A DNA stretch of 64,000 nucleotides from Asterias rubens. Its lineage: Eukaryota. The notes beneath the pieces were generated by a model that did no database searches, was not told where the DNA came from, and worked only from the letters and a program-made list of their open reading frames with translations. This document shows positions 38,801 to 53,312 of the stretch, one piece after another; position 1 is the first letter of the stretch; every line of letters starts with the position of its first letter. A program made the translations under genes and the position numbers. Location of the stretch: the NCBI RefSeq assembly GCF_902459465.1, contig NC_047080.1, forward strand, positions 5,766,001 through 5,830,000, read 5' to 3'.

Positions 38801-41800
38801 GTATGCACCATTGCATCTTATCAAATAATGGCAGTTTATGACGCTTAGTGCCATCCATATATTGCCAAATAAATTTTAATTTTAAGGTAAAAAAAAGGAA
38901 GAAAATGAATGTATGTAGTTTTATTTGACGAAAAGATTTGATTGTTACATGCACACCTACTTTCCCACAAACTGTCGAAGATCGCACCTGCTATCAATTG
39001 ACAGTAATATATACACCCCCCTTTCAACTTTTTTTGTATAACCAATTGATTTGTTATCTTCCATTGTCACCTCTAGTCAGTCACTTTATGTTTGTGTGGT
39101 TTCATTGTTACTGTAGAATGTCTGTCACTAAAAACCCACAATAATTGACACTTTACAAAAAGAAACCCAGTTTGGTTCACTAACTACTGGTATTTACAGG
39201 ATGTGTATTGTAAAAAGAAAGTGAACAATTGACACGCTACACTCTCTTGTACAAAACAAACACCATCTAAAAACGGCATTAAAAGGATATATTCATTGTG
39301 AGAGACTTGACAGTTGAGTTGCCACATGTAATAAAAACAGGAAATATTGTGACAAATGTGATTTAGGAATAATGGCTTAATATACCATAGAGCAAGGTTT
39401 GCGCCATCCTCACAATAAAAGGTCAGACGATGTTCAATAGAAAAAACAGATCTGCACAAACTTCTAATAATGTGCAGGTTTTTATCTGGATTGTTGTGAA
39501 GCGCAACTTCCACAATTTCGTAGGGCCAATATGTACCTATTTTTCCAATTAAAAGTGCTGAATCTAAATTTAAATTGAACTGATCTTGGGTCAGTACTTT
39601 GCTGGATTATTTGTCCCATGTAATGTTTGTTTGTTTGAGCCCAATTTTATAGCACTGCTTAGCGGCCGATTTTGTGCTCACTGGTGCGATTTCCATTTCA
39701 TAGCGCTGCTAACCGTAGGCACATGATCAGGCATGCTAACCTCCGGTGCATATTGCACGAAAATACATGACATCACAAGGCAAATCCATGGTGAATGCGG
39801 AATATGGCCACCTAATTTGTCTGCTAACCTGTGAAATAGGTTTGAACCTAAGCAAATTTTTCTGCTACAGTACTCACAAAAATTTGCTTACCGTTAAGCA
39901 GCGCTATGAAATTTGGCCCAGGTCTGACTTTAGTAGTAGATTTAAATTTTAAAATACACGTTGCTAGTGAAAGTACTTTTGGCAAAAACCTGGCATGCAA
40001 CTTTAAATACTTCAAACCTTATATAAATGTGAGAAATCAAATTGTTAATAAATTGATTGATGATCTGTCAGATTACTGATGTAGTGGTTTACCCTAAAGT
40101 TTCACCACAGAGCACTAAATGGACCCGTGCAGACTCAAATAAAATGCTCTAACGTCATTTCCTTTCTGGATTAGTCTCACCCCAGGGTGTAAAAGTGTCA
40201 GGAATGGAGGATTTCTCCATGAGCTACATGGATAACATCTGAATCAAGACTATCGTTCATGGGTGATAACATTTACATCATCAAACGGTGATGCCTGTCC
40301 TGTTCCTAGTTGATATGTATAATGGTTGAGACTAGAAGAGCGGTCATGAATAATTCATGTACCATCCCTCAAACACTTGATACTGTTCTGCCATCCAACG
40401 CATGGTGACCCATTATGATTAATGGGTATTGATTAACACACAGTGATAGTGAAATGGTTTTACTGAAAGTAAACATAGAAAGATTCATTAGCAAAATAAG
40501 TACATTCGAAAATCAATAATAATGCTACCATTTAATCTAAAAGCATCTACGTATTGGGCAGGTTGAAACCAGGTCCCAATTTCATAGCGCTGCTGTAGCA
40601 GAAAAATTTGCTTAAGCCTGTAGCGTATTTCACAGGTTAGCAGAAAAATTGGGTGTTTACTGTGGATTTGCATTGTGACGTCATTTATTTTTGTGCGGTA
40701 AGCACTGCAAGGTTAGCGTGCCTTTTCGTGTGCTTACGGTTAGCAGCGCTATGAAATAGAAATCGCACAGTAAGCAAAAAATCGGCCGCTAAGCAGTGCT
40801 ATTAAATTGGGCCCAGTCTACTGTAGCCACAATCCACCAATAGAGAGATTTAGTGCACACATGTATACGTACAATGTACCAGAATAATTTACATGTTTTA
40901 GTGCCACATTAAAGGATTCGGGCACTTTTTCAAAATGTTCACAGATTTACATTAAACTTACATGGTTTGAAGAAAATGATAGTAGAAAGCTGCCCGGCAA
41001 ATAATACTTTCTGCATGAGGTGCTGTAGTTTTGAGAAATGAGTAAAATAAGTCACAAAGTTTTTAAATAATTTTTTACATGCTGAAATGGAGACAAAAGT
41101 TATTTTCTCATTTCTCAAAAACTACGGCACCTCAATAAGTAATATTTTAAGGGAAGCTTGCTACTATCATTATCTTCAAACTGTGTAAGTTTAATGTAAA
41201 TCTGTGGACATTGTGTCTTGTTTTAGAAAAAAAATACATAGACCCTATAAGTAGGAACATGGTAGGTGTTACTGTTTTCACTCTCAGATGTCTCAGTCTT
41301 TTCTTGGTGCATCTTTGACTAAATGTAGACTAAAATGAAAATTTCAGACCTGCAATTGTTTGCACAGAGGGAATAATTTTTTGAAGTGTTACAAAAGTAT
41401 ACAAACTGTTTCTTTGTTTGTCCTGATGTTTTCTTTCTTCTTCAAATAACACCAAAATGGTTCTGGATTGTTTTACTTACATGTAGTTCACATGTACAAA
41501 TGTATGCAATGCACCATGCATGGACAGTGACCAAACAATTGTGGTTTGTTTTATTTTACATGCAGTTCACATATGATTGTATAAAAGGTTTCCATTTTAA
41601 CTGCTGAGACTAATCAATAACAAACAACACTGCATCTACTTGTACGGTGTACATGACAAGTGTCAGATACTGTACGGAGAATGATGACAAGAATTTGATA
41701 AACAGATTTACTCTTCTTTGCGCATGCACTGCTGATAAGATAAATAGTTGTTGAAGAAACCATCAGACTTGTCCAAGCTGAAGTTCAATGATTGATCGAA

Positions 41801-42416
41801 GGACGTAATTCAAGCCTTTTATTGAGGTACATGTGAAGCCAACATTCGATCTTTCTTGGATTCTTTGAGGAACTCTCGTCAAGAAAGGAGTGAGTCACTC
41901 CCTGATACTTGAGACATGAAACCAATGTGACTGAGATTAGTTGAAGACGCTACCATAAATAAACTGAACCCTTGGCAATGTGTGTAATACTAGACGGTGA
42001 TTACTCCAAAAAACCCATCCACTTGTTCTTCCTTGAAGGGTCTATAAGATTGCCATGGTGATGCAGCTCAATATTCAATCCCGGTGGCATCTTGCCTTCA
42101 GTTGAAGGCTCGAGTTGCACAACATCTTGTAGACTGATAAAGAAATAGAGCATTCAGATTTCTAGTTGGCAAACTTTTATGATCTGAGCAAAGTCACTCG
42201 TCATCTAGACAATTTGTTGTTGGTATCCTAATGCATTATGCCTGTGAGCAATGAGAGGAGGTTGACGCTCAAGCGCTACCTACCCAGTCAGCACAAATGT
42301 ATGTCATTTTGGTGTTCAGATACAAACATTAATCTTAAAAACACTGGACACTATCTCCATTGCTTGTTACCAAGTAAATTGTTGTGCTAATTAGTTATTA
42401 TGAGTAATTACCAATA

Positions 42417-42583
42417 CCGTGTGTCTCAAAAAAATCTATACACTTTTGAAATGGCTGCCGAATGAAAAGAATATGATTCTGGGGGAAAAGGCTTAGGTGT
42501 ATGGATAGCTTATGGACTCAGAATCGTTTATTTTTTATTCGGAAGCCATTTAAAAAGTGTATAGGTTTTTTTGAGACACCCGG
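42417..42583. mobile_element. Tc1/mariner-type MITE nested in a family A terminus (mirror copy at ~43075-43240)
   Basis: TA-CCG(T/G)GTGTCTCAAAAAA...TTTTTTGAGACACCCGG-TA interrupts accaa[TA]gtgtccagtg. Confidence 0.8.
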
Positions 42584-42755
42584 TAGTGTCCACTGTAAAA
42601 CCACCGTTCTCATGACAATATTCACAGAAACACTCAACTTTATTTCCCATTAAATTCATTGGACACCAAGGAACGATTTCATATTCAGTTTAATGACTGA
42701 GTTGGAAGGGACACAAAAATTCCAGCTAAGCTATTCAGAAGCAAAGGCTAATAAA

Positions 42756-42903
42756 GCTCCCTTGAATTATTTCATTTAATGAAATGAAAGTATTATAGTA
42801 ATGAGGCTCCCTAGAATTATTTCATTTAATGAAATGAAATAATTCTAGGGAGCCTCATTACTATAATACTTTCATTTCATTAAATGAAATAATTCAAGGA
42901 GCT
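42756..42903. repeat. 50-bp tandem unit with an internal hairpin at the palindrome axis
   Basis: gctccct(t/a)gaattatttcatttaatgaaatgaaa starts at 42756 and 42806. Confidence 0.8.
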
Positions 42904-45900
42904 TTATTAGCCTTGCTTCTGAAGAGCTTAGCGGAATTTTTGTGTCCCTTCCAACTCAGTCATTAAACTGAATATGAAATCGTTTCCTTGGTGCCCAATG
43001 AATTTAATGGGAAATAAAGTTGAGTGTTTCTGTGAATATTGTCATGAGAACGGTGGTTTTACAGTGGACACTACCGGGTGTCTCAAAAAACCTATACACT
43101 TTTAAATGGCTTCCGAATAAAAAATAAACGATTCTGAGTCCATAAGCTATCCATACACCTAAGCCTTTTCCCCCAGAATCATATTCTTTTCATTCGGCAG
43201 CCATTTCAAAAGTGTATAGATTTTTTTTGAGACACACGGTATTGGTAATTACTCATAATAACTAATTAGCACAACAATTTACTTGGTAACAAGCATGGAG
43301 ATAGTGTCCAGTGTTTTTAAGATTAATGTTTGTATCTGAACACCAAAATGACATACATTGTGCTGACTGGGTAGGTAGCGCTTGAGCGTCAACCTCCTCT
43401 CATTGCTCACAGGCATAATGCATTAGGATACCAACAACAAATTGTCTAGAGACGAGTGACTTTGCTCAGATCATAAAAGTTTGCCAACTAGAATCTGAAT
43501 GCTCTATTTCTTTATCAGTCTACAAGATGTTGTGCAACTCGAGCCTTCAACTGAAGGCAAGATGCCACCGGGATTGAATATTGAGCTGCATCACCATGGC
43601 AATCTTATAGACCCTTCAAGGAAGAACAAGTGGATGGGTTTTTTGGAGTAATCACCGTCTAGTATTACACACATTGCCAAGGGTTCAGTTTATTTATGGT
43701 AGCGTCTTCAACTAATCTCAGTCACATTGGTTTCATGTCTCAAGTATCAGGAGTGACTCACTCCTTTCTTGACGAGAGTTCCTCAAAGAATCCAAGAAAG
43801 ATCGAATGTTGGCTTCACATGTACCTCAATAAAAGGCTTGAATTACGTCCTTCGATCAATCATTGAACTTCAGCTTGGACAAGTCTGATGGTTTCTTCAA
43901 CAACTATTTATCTTATCAGCAGTGCATGCGCAAAGAAGAGTAAATCTGTTTATCAAATTCTTGTCATCATTCTCCGTACAGTATCTGACACTTGTCATGT
44001 ACACCGTACAAGTAGATGCAGTGTTGTTTGTTATTGATTAGTCCTCAGCAGTTAAAATGGAAACCTTTTACAATCATATGTGAACTGCATGTAAAATAAA
44101 ACAAACCACAATTGTTTGGTCACTGTCCATGCATGGTGCATTGCATACATTTGTACATGTGAACTACATGTAAGTAAAACAATCCAGAACCATTTTGGTG
44201 TTATTTGAAGAAGAAAGAAACATCAGGACAAACAAAGAAACAGTTTGTATACTTTTGTAACACTTCAAAAATTATTCCCTCTGTGCAAACAATTGCAGGT
44301 CTGAAATTTTCATTTTAGTCTACATTTAGTCAAAGATGCACCAAGAAAAGACTGAGACATCTGAGAGTGAAAACAGTAACACCTACCATGTTCCTACTTA
44401 TAGGGTCTATGTATTTTTTTTCTAAAACAAGACACAATGTCCACAGATTTACATTAAACTTACACAGTTTGAAGATAATGATAGTAGCAAGCTTCCCTTA
44501 AAATATTACTTATTGAGGTGCCGTAGTTTTTGAGAAATGAGAAAATAACTTTTGTCTCCATTTCAGCATGTAAAAAATTATTTAAAAACTTTGTGACTTA
44601 TTTTACTCATTTCTCAAAACTACAGCACCTCATGCAGAAAGTATTATTTGCCGGGCAGCTTCTACTATCATTTCTTCAAACCATGTAAGTTTAATGTAAA
44701 TCTGTGAACATTTTGAAAAAGTGCCCGAATCCTTTAATGTGGCACTAAAACATGTAAATTATTCTGGTACATTGTACGTATACATGTGTGCACTAAATCT
44801 CTCTATTGGTGGATTGTGGCTACAGTAGACTGGGCCCAATTTAATAGCACTGGCTTAGCGGCCGATTTTTTTGCTTACTGTGCGATTTCTATTTCATAGC
44901 GCTGCTAACCGTAAGCACACGAAAAGGCACGCTAACCTGCAGTGCTTACCGCACAAAAATAAATGACGTCACAATGCAAATCCACAGTAAACACCCAATT
45001 TTCTGCTAACCTGTGAAATACGCTACAGGCTTAAGCAAATTTTTCTGCTACAGCAGCGCTATGAAATTGGGACCTGGTTTCAACCTGCCCAATACGTAGA
45101 TGCTTTAGATTAAATGGTAGCATTATTATTGATTTTCGAATGTACTTATTTTGCTAATGAATCTTTTCTATGTTTACTTTCAGTAAAACCATTTCACTAT
45201 CACTGTGTGTTAATCAATAACCCATTAATCATAATGGGTCACCATGCGTTGGATGGCAGAACAGTATCAAGTGTTTGAGGGATGGTACATGAATTATTCA
45301 TGACCGCTCTTCTAGTCTCAACCATTATACATATCAACTAGGAACAGGACAGGCATCACCGTTGATGATGTAAATGTTATCACCCATGAACGATAGTCTT
45401 GATTCAGATGTTATCCATGTAGCTCATGGAGAAATCCTCCATTCCTGACACTTTTACACCCTGGGGTGAGACTAATCCAGAAAGGAAATGACGTTAGAGC
45501 ATTTTATTTGAGTGCTGCACGGGTCCATTTAGTGCTCTGTGGTGAAACTTTAGGGTAACCACTACATCAGTAATCTGACAGATCATCAATCAATTTATTA
45601 ACAATTTGATTTCTCACATTTATATAAGGTTTGAAGTATTTAAGTTGCATGCCAGGTTTTTGCCAAAAGTACTTTCACTAGCAACGTGTATTTTAAAATT
45701 TAAATCTACTACTAAAGTCAGACCTGGGCCAAATTTCATAGCGGCTGCTCTTAACGGTAAGCAAATTTTGTGGAGTACTGTAGCAGAAAAATTTGCTTAG
45801 GTTCAAACCTATTTCACAGTTAGCAGACAAATTAGGTGGCACATATTGCCGCATTCACCATGGATTTGCCTTGTGATGTCATGTATTTTCGTGCAATATG

Positions 45901-48900
45901 CACCGGAGGGTAGCATTGCCTGATCATGTGCCTACGGTTAGCAGCGCTATGAAATGGAAATCGCACCAGTGAGCACAAACTCGGCCGCTAAGCAGTGCTA
46001 TAAAATTGGGCTCAACAAACAAACATTACATGGGACAAATAATCCAGCAAAGTACTGACCCAAGATCAGTTCAATTTAAATTTAGATTCAGCACTTTTAA
46101 TGGAAAAATAGGTACATATTGGCCCTACGAAATTGGTGGAAGTTGCGCTTCACAACAATCCAGATAAAAACCTGCACATATAGAAGTTTGTGCAGATCTG
46201 TTTTTTCTATTGAACAGTCGTCTGACCTTTTATTGTGAGGATGGCGCAAACCTTGCTCTATGGTATATTAAGCCATTATTCCTAAATCACATTTGTCACA
46301 ATATTTCGGTTTTTATTACATGTGGCAACTCAACTGTCAAGTCTCTCACAATGAATATATCCGTTTAATGCCGTTTTTAGATGGTGTTTGTTTTGTACAA
46401 GAGAGTGTAGCGTGTCAATGTTCACTTTCTTTTTACAATACACATCCTGTAAATACCAGTAGTTAGTGAACCAAACTGGGTTTCTTTTTGTAAAGTGTCA
46501 ATTATTGTGGGTTTTTAGTGACAGACATTCTACAGTAACAATGAAACCACACAAACATAAAGTGACTGACTAGAGGTGACAATGGAAGATAACAAATCAA
46601 TTGGTTATACAAAAAAAGTTGAAAGGGGGGTGTATATATTACTGTCAATTGATAGCAGGTGCGATCTTCGACAGTTTGTGGGAAAGTAGGTGTGCATGTA
46701 ACAATCAAATCTTTTCGTCAAATAAAACTACATACATTCATTTCTTCCTTTTTTTTACCTTAAAATTAAAATTTATTGGCAATATATGGATGGCACTAAG
46801 CGTCATAAACTGCCATTATTTGATAAGATGCAATGGTGCATACATTTGTACGACTACACTCTAGTCTTAGCCAATGATAGCCATGCATGCGTGCCTATTT
46901 CATCCAATATGGCGGTTGATGACGCGTAGTGCAAAACCATCTATTTTGGTCTTATTAAAACTGTGTAATTGGGGGGAAAAAATCACAAAAATATAGGCCT
47001 ACAGATTTACCTTTGAAATTACTGACTCGGTAAACAATAGTTTTAAAATGATTGAAACAAAAATTAAATGTGATGAAACAAACACTTTTAAACATACATG
47101 TAGAAAAGTCATTCAAAGGTCAAATTGCAAAATATGAACATCAAAGGGACATAGGTGCAGAATGAAAGATTGGACTATTGATCGTAGAGTCTAAATCACC
47201 TTGCACATTCCATAAATACTTCTACCTGGGGAATAAGTGACCTCATTCAAACCAACTTAGAAACTATCTAGAATCTATCCCACATTTTACTCTGTGTCAA
47301 CAGGGATGGACTTCTAACCTCTCTGATACAATTCTAATTATTCTGCAGTGTGTCGTGGACACTAGAAAGATACAGGATACAGATCTAATATGCTTACACA
47401 CTGAACCATGGGCCTGGGACCAGTGATTTTAGCATCGGGGCAGTAAACTCAGACTGAACTGCGAGTCTGATTGTCTTGTTGTGCTAATCTAATTGGGGAA
47501 AAATAGACCCACTGTACATGTACCTCACTGTGTAAATATCCTTGAAGAAGTAAAAATGTATAAATGTTGACTTTGAGTTTGAGTCTGATAAAGACTTTCA
47601 TTTTAATTTGGTTGAATATCAAGCATACCAAAATATCAGATCTGCTCCTAGTGAAAGTTGAAACTAAGACTTTGTACAAAGTTCCTTTTCTTACATTGTG
47701 TAATAGGCCTAGATTCTGTTCTTATTCTGGTCCAGTAAAGAAATACTAGTCACAAAAATTTCAAACCTTGAGCTGGAGTCGTTGAATAACACACATCAAA
47801 TTTTATGTAGTGTTTACGTACTATGGTTTGTAGTATACAGGATGTAAAAAAGAAGTGTATCCGTGTCAATGTATCAAGTTACAGACATCACAGATTTTTT
47901 TACAAATTGTGTGCTGAATGATGTACAGTATGCCTGCATGTTTCTGAACATAGCAAGACTCCTGCCACAAAACCAATGGATTTAACAAGTAACTTTAAGC
48001 ACAGCAGAAAAGACACTCTGATTCATATTGCCATGCCCTTTACTACTGAGGTTTTAACTCAATGAAAAAGACCTTGTCTGAAGTGATAGAGTCACCTAGG
48101 TAACCATTCCTCCATGCTGTAACAGAGATAATTCTATCATTTGGAATTTGGACACAAAGTGAACGCATGAGGAATAAAACATCAGCCAGATAACATTTCC
48201 AAAAATTACTGGATTATTACTGGCATGGGCAACTATCCTTGTAGAATGTAGATCAAAGAAATGAAATCAGTAATTAACATCAATGATGTTTTTCTAGTCA
48301 TTTCCTTTACAATTTACAACAGTTATGTATCACTAACAGTAGTTGGAACAAAACTTATGTTAAATGTAGACTTTACTAATCATATCTTCTAAAAAAATGT
48401 CCTTTTCATCAGTTCTTTGTACATCACCTTCATTCATTATGAGACCTCAGGAATAACAAATTCAAAGTTGATTGGGAAGTAAGCTGGAAACAGCTGCTCC
48501 TTCTTGACACTACAACCGAACCCTACAACCTTACTTCATCAGCAGCACAATTTGACAAAGTCTACACCTCACATCAATATCAATCCTCCGTACTACAGTG
48601 ACTAGATCTTCCTATGTTTATAACTGGTTTTAAACATGACAATCTGACAAAGCTTACAGAAATATTTCAACTTCCTTGTTGAAAGGAAATTGTTGGGTTA
48701 CCATCAGTATTCATGACCTCCTTTAGTGCGGTGAGCCTTGACAAATATTAATCAATGCAGAGTAACTCAACTGCAGCACAAATGTGTGTGCCTCGCTACT
48801 TGTTTGCAGTACATGTACATCAACTGTTTGGCAGGCACCAGAATTATTTTTCTAGTAAACAAATAGTGCTGGAATGGCACTGAGCATGCACAGCTTACTA

Positions 48901-51900
48901 GAAATGTTATCCCCAAAAAAGTTCCTCAACCCACAACAACATTGAACTTGAAGGGAATCGGACCACTAATACCAGGAAAGATGATAAGTCCCATGTACTC
49001 CTAGAACTATGAGATTCGTTCTGCTATCGTCTCCGCTATCGTTAGTGGAGACGATAGTGGACGAACCTCATACATGTAGTTCTAAGAGTAACTCCCACGG
49101 TACAAGCATGACGAGAGAGTAAACATAAAAATTTCAAATTAGAAACTATGTGTGTTTTTTCCTCCTATCCTGGCTAGTGTGGGATGTGGTAACAACAAAA
49201 TTCTTTCATCCCTCATCTGGCAATGTATGTCAGCAACTCGTGTACGTCATACACACATCTTTGATTTGCTGGCTTAATTGGATTAAAGTAAAGAAACCAG
49301 TACCAACGAGGTCAAACCAAACCATACCTTTGCATCTTATCTTCTTCTTTCATCCGATCTTTTTACAATTTTTCAACAAAACTGATCAAAATCAAACTCT
49401 ATACAGCGGTCCCAAAAGTTGTTAGTGTCCACTACTGGACGTACTGCACACCGTTCCTCATCTAGAACAGGCTTTAAATGAGAACCCACAATCATGACAA
49501 TGTTGACGCATCATTCATATTTCAGGGTTAATTCCTACCATGTAGTGCTGGGATTTGCTTACAAACTACAATCATACAATATTTTTGTACCCAAAAAATA
49601 GCAACCATAATTACTTATTGTTATATTTGAAGCAATGTTGTTAAGGAGGATTCTCTTCCACCCGTTTCTATGTCACATTCGGATTAATCAAATTTCATTT
49701 TCAATTCAATAACAAAAATAATATGTATTTTTACTCACCAGCTCCATCTTTCATCTTCATCACCATCTTCACTGGGGAAGACATTTTGTTAACATAGAAA
49801 ATGTCAATCAAATCTCCTCACTCTACTGGCTCCGAACACGATGATGTTAAGCCATGTAATTCAGTTAGAACCACCAAGTTTACATCATAGAGCAATGGTT
49901 ACACCGACCGTGAGACTAAATCTACCACAATCAGACGACAGCAGGCTGGCGGGATAAATGACTACTTTCACCCGTGTAGAATTTCACTCGTCACGGCGCA
50001 ATTCATTGACCCACTTCGTAACCAGCTGACGGCAAGAGATTAGACAAACTCTTCGACATAGAACGTGAACATTAACACTGAACTGATTAATGAGGGATAG
50101 ACTTTCGCTTCTGATGTCTTCAACAGCTTTTGCAGTTTCGGTTTCACAATTGGTTATGTTGATTGTTAGCTATTTTGTTCGTGAACACCACTCGTGTACA
50201 AAATCTAACTGTGTTGTGAGTGTGAAAAATGTCAATAGCAAGCACACGGTAAACACAGATTACTTCCTGGATTGTTCTGGTCGCATGGTATCCTGCTACT
50301 GTAATGCTATTTCAATTACAACTACACTCAGAAACCAGCGAAAACCGCGCTTGCGAAACTACAAAAAGTGGTAGATACTTCACACCACAAGGTGGCGCTA
50401 TTTACTAAAACACCCAAAAACTTTTAGCAGCGCATGCAAAACAACAGAACCGAACTCAAAAACAATTTATTATTGAGACAAGCAAGTCAAGGATATTCTG
50501 TTAGTGCCAACAAAACGATGTAAAAACCTTTCAGTGAAGCTGGGCAAATACCAATGATTTGGAACAATCTTCCTACTGTCATTAGGGAATTTGTTACTTA
50601 CTCTTCAGTTTTGCAAAGTTGTAAAGACTCGCCCTTTTTCATGTTAATAAATTGCGAATAGCCCCATGTACATTTTGGTTGTCATGTCATAGGACATGTT
50701 TCACGTCAATACATGATAATAAGCCTTTGAAATTTTGTTTTGAAAAAAATAAAATAAATATTGATCTTTATAATAAGAAAGTAATTTCAGAGATGGGCCG
50801 TTTTGGCAGATGGGTCAGCCCATGGTCATGAATTTGTTTCATAAAAACATTCCGAAAACCAAAATGTTCCATCAGCGTTTATTATTTAGGGAATAACAGT
50901 GCAAGTATATTAAGGTTGCGAGGATAAATCTTGGTGTAACTGAGGAGAAACCTAAATAACCTCTCTGCTAACATAATAAAATACCCCCCCCCCTTTTTTT
51001 TAAAGCGCTGCTGTTGTTTTCCTTTTCCAGGCTTAATGAGTCCTAACTCTACTGTCAGTGTTGGGTTCTGTTCTTCTACATACTTGTTTTTTGGGGGGCG
51101 ATTTTTATATTGCCTACATGAGTTATTTATTATACAAAATAAATCCTGCATTAAGGTAAAATTGTTCCAGCTTTCTGTGGCAACACAAATCACAAAACTT
51201 AATCACTCTTACTTTTCCAATAATAGTTTTATTCTTTTCTTAACATAATCTTTTACATAAATTTTATTAGCTTTAACAGGTTCAATCATTATTCAAAACA
51301 GTCAGTTAGAGGTTGTAAATCACATTAATCATAATTAAATAACAATCATCTGTAAATAACATTTTTATAAGTAAATATTTTGACGGAAAGTAAATAAAGG
51401 TGTGTAAACATTATTGACAATTATTGCATTATGTGTGCATTCTTCGTTATATATAAAAAGCTCACTTCATTCATGTCAACTGGAGTGCTATAAAACAAAA
51501 AACTAAAGGCTAATAATATATACAGAAAGAAAGTTTATTGAGTGTTTTTACTGTTCTTTGGGGCAAGCAGTTTACATATGCTAATTTATTCTGAAAATAA
51601 GTAACAAACTTGCTAAGCAATAAAACAAACAATAACTAGCTCAATGTTGGCAATGATACACAAAACTCTCTTTGGAACAGAGAGACCTCTTTCCTCCTAA
51701 TAACCCTGTATTAAATGAAACTTTTATATAATCTATCCGGCCAAGAAGTCTACTACATTGTACAACTAAGGTTTTGCATTATTTGGCAGTAAACTTTTGA
51801 CTCCATAATCACCACAACTTGCTTCACACAATGTACAAATAAACTCATTCTCAAACCATTCAATCCAACAACATAAACAACAACTTAACATCCAGTTACC

Positions 51901-53312
51901 TGAAAACAAAATAAGGAAACAAGAGTCCGATTTGGGTACTTGTTGTAACATAAAACACAATGTTTACAGATTAATATTAAACTTACTACACTTGAAGATT
52001 ATGATAAAAGAAAGCTTCCCTTAAAACATTACTTGCTGAGGTGCTGTAGTTTTTGAGGAATGAGTACTAAATGTACAACAATGAAAATACAATTAAAATG
52101 CTAAAATAATTGTAGGCTCCGAGACGAAAACCATTTTCGTGACTTGTTTTACTCATTTCTCAAAATCTACAGCACCCAAGCAAGTAATATTTGAAGGGAA
52201 GCTTTCTACTATCATTATCTTCAAACTGTGTGAATTTGATTTAAGTCTGTGGACATTGTGTTTGTTTCCTGCAAAAGGTACCCAGACCCTTTAAGACAGA
52301 AAGTTAAACCAATACATGCTTCTTAAGTTTATCTTTGAGAATACATAATCACAATACAAAAATTATAGAGTTGTAAAATAATCTCTTTACAAGTTCATTT
52401 CTTTTATATAATATACCGTCATATTCAAAAATTTATCAAAATGTTATACACAAATCCCCATTGTTAAGTATTTGCCAACTACATGTAACAAAATGTTATC
52501 TGACAAATTAATAAACAAATTAATAAACATTCATCCAGTTTTCAAAATTTTTACCCTTTTAATGGTATAATCTTTGTATGATTTATTTTAATGTACAAAA
52601 AATTCTTTATTTGGCAATAGAGAAGATAACAATTCAGAGTTAGTATGTTTACATCATAGTACTTTTTTTTTTCAATGATTACAATATTAATCTAAATTTA
52701 ATGCATGGTTTGTTCATGATTTTCTAATTCACTGCCAATGTCATGTAGAAATCAAACACACGTTGTCTTTCAACCAACAAAACAAATTGTTTGACTCAAC
52801 ATATTCTTTGATCCAACTTAAAGACACTGGACACCTTTGGTGATTGTCAAAGACCAGTTTTCTCACTTGGTGTATTCCAACATACGCATAAAATAACAAA
52901 CCTGTGAAAATTTGAGCTCAATTGGTCATGGAAGTTGAAAGATAATAATGGAAGAAAAAAAAACACCCTTGTCACAGGAAGTTGTATGCTTTCAGATGCT
53001 TGATTTCAGGAACCTCAAAATCAAGTTCAAATATTTTAGTGGAAAATTACATCTTTCTCGAAAACTACGTACTTCAGAGGTAGCCGTTTCTCACAGCTTT
53101 CCAATGCTTGTTACCAAGTAAGTTTTTATGCTAACAATTACTTTGAGTAATTACCAATAGTGTCCAGTGCCTTTAAATCAAGTAACCTGGTGTTTTTTTT
53201 GTGTAAAGTGACACAAACCAAAAAGTTCTACAAAGTTGTATACCCAAGATCAACGCGAAACTCAATCCCATCCAACCCTTTCCCTAATAAATAGTATACT
53301 AAGTACAAACAA

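Noticed and set aside
40170-40480. Possible exon in either orientation (mirror 45184-45465)
   Set aside because: All frames hit stops within ~30 codons and I could not link it to a consistent gene model.
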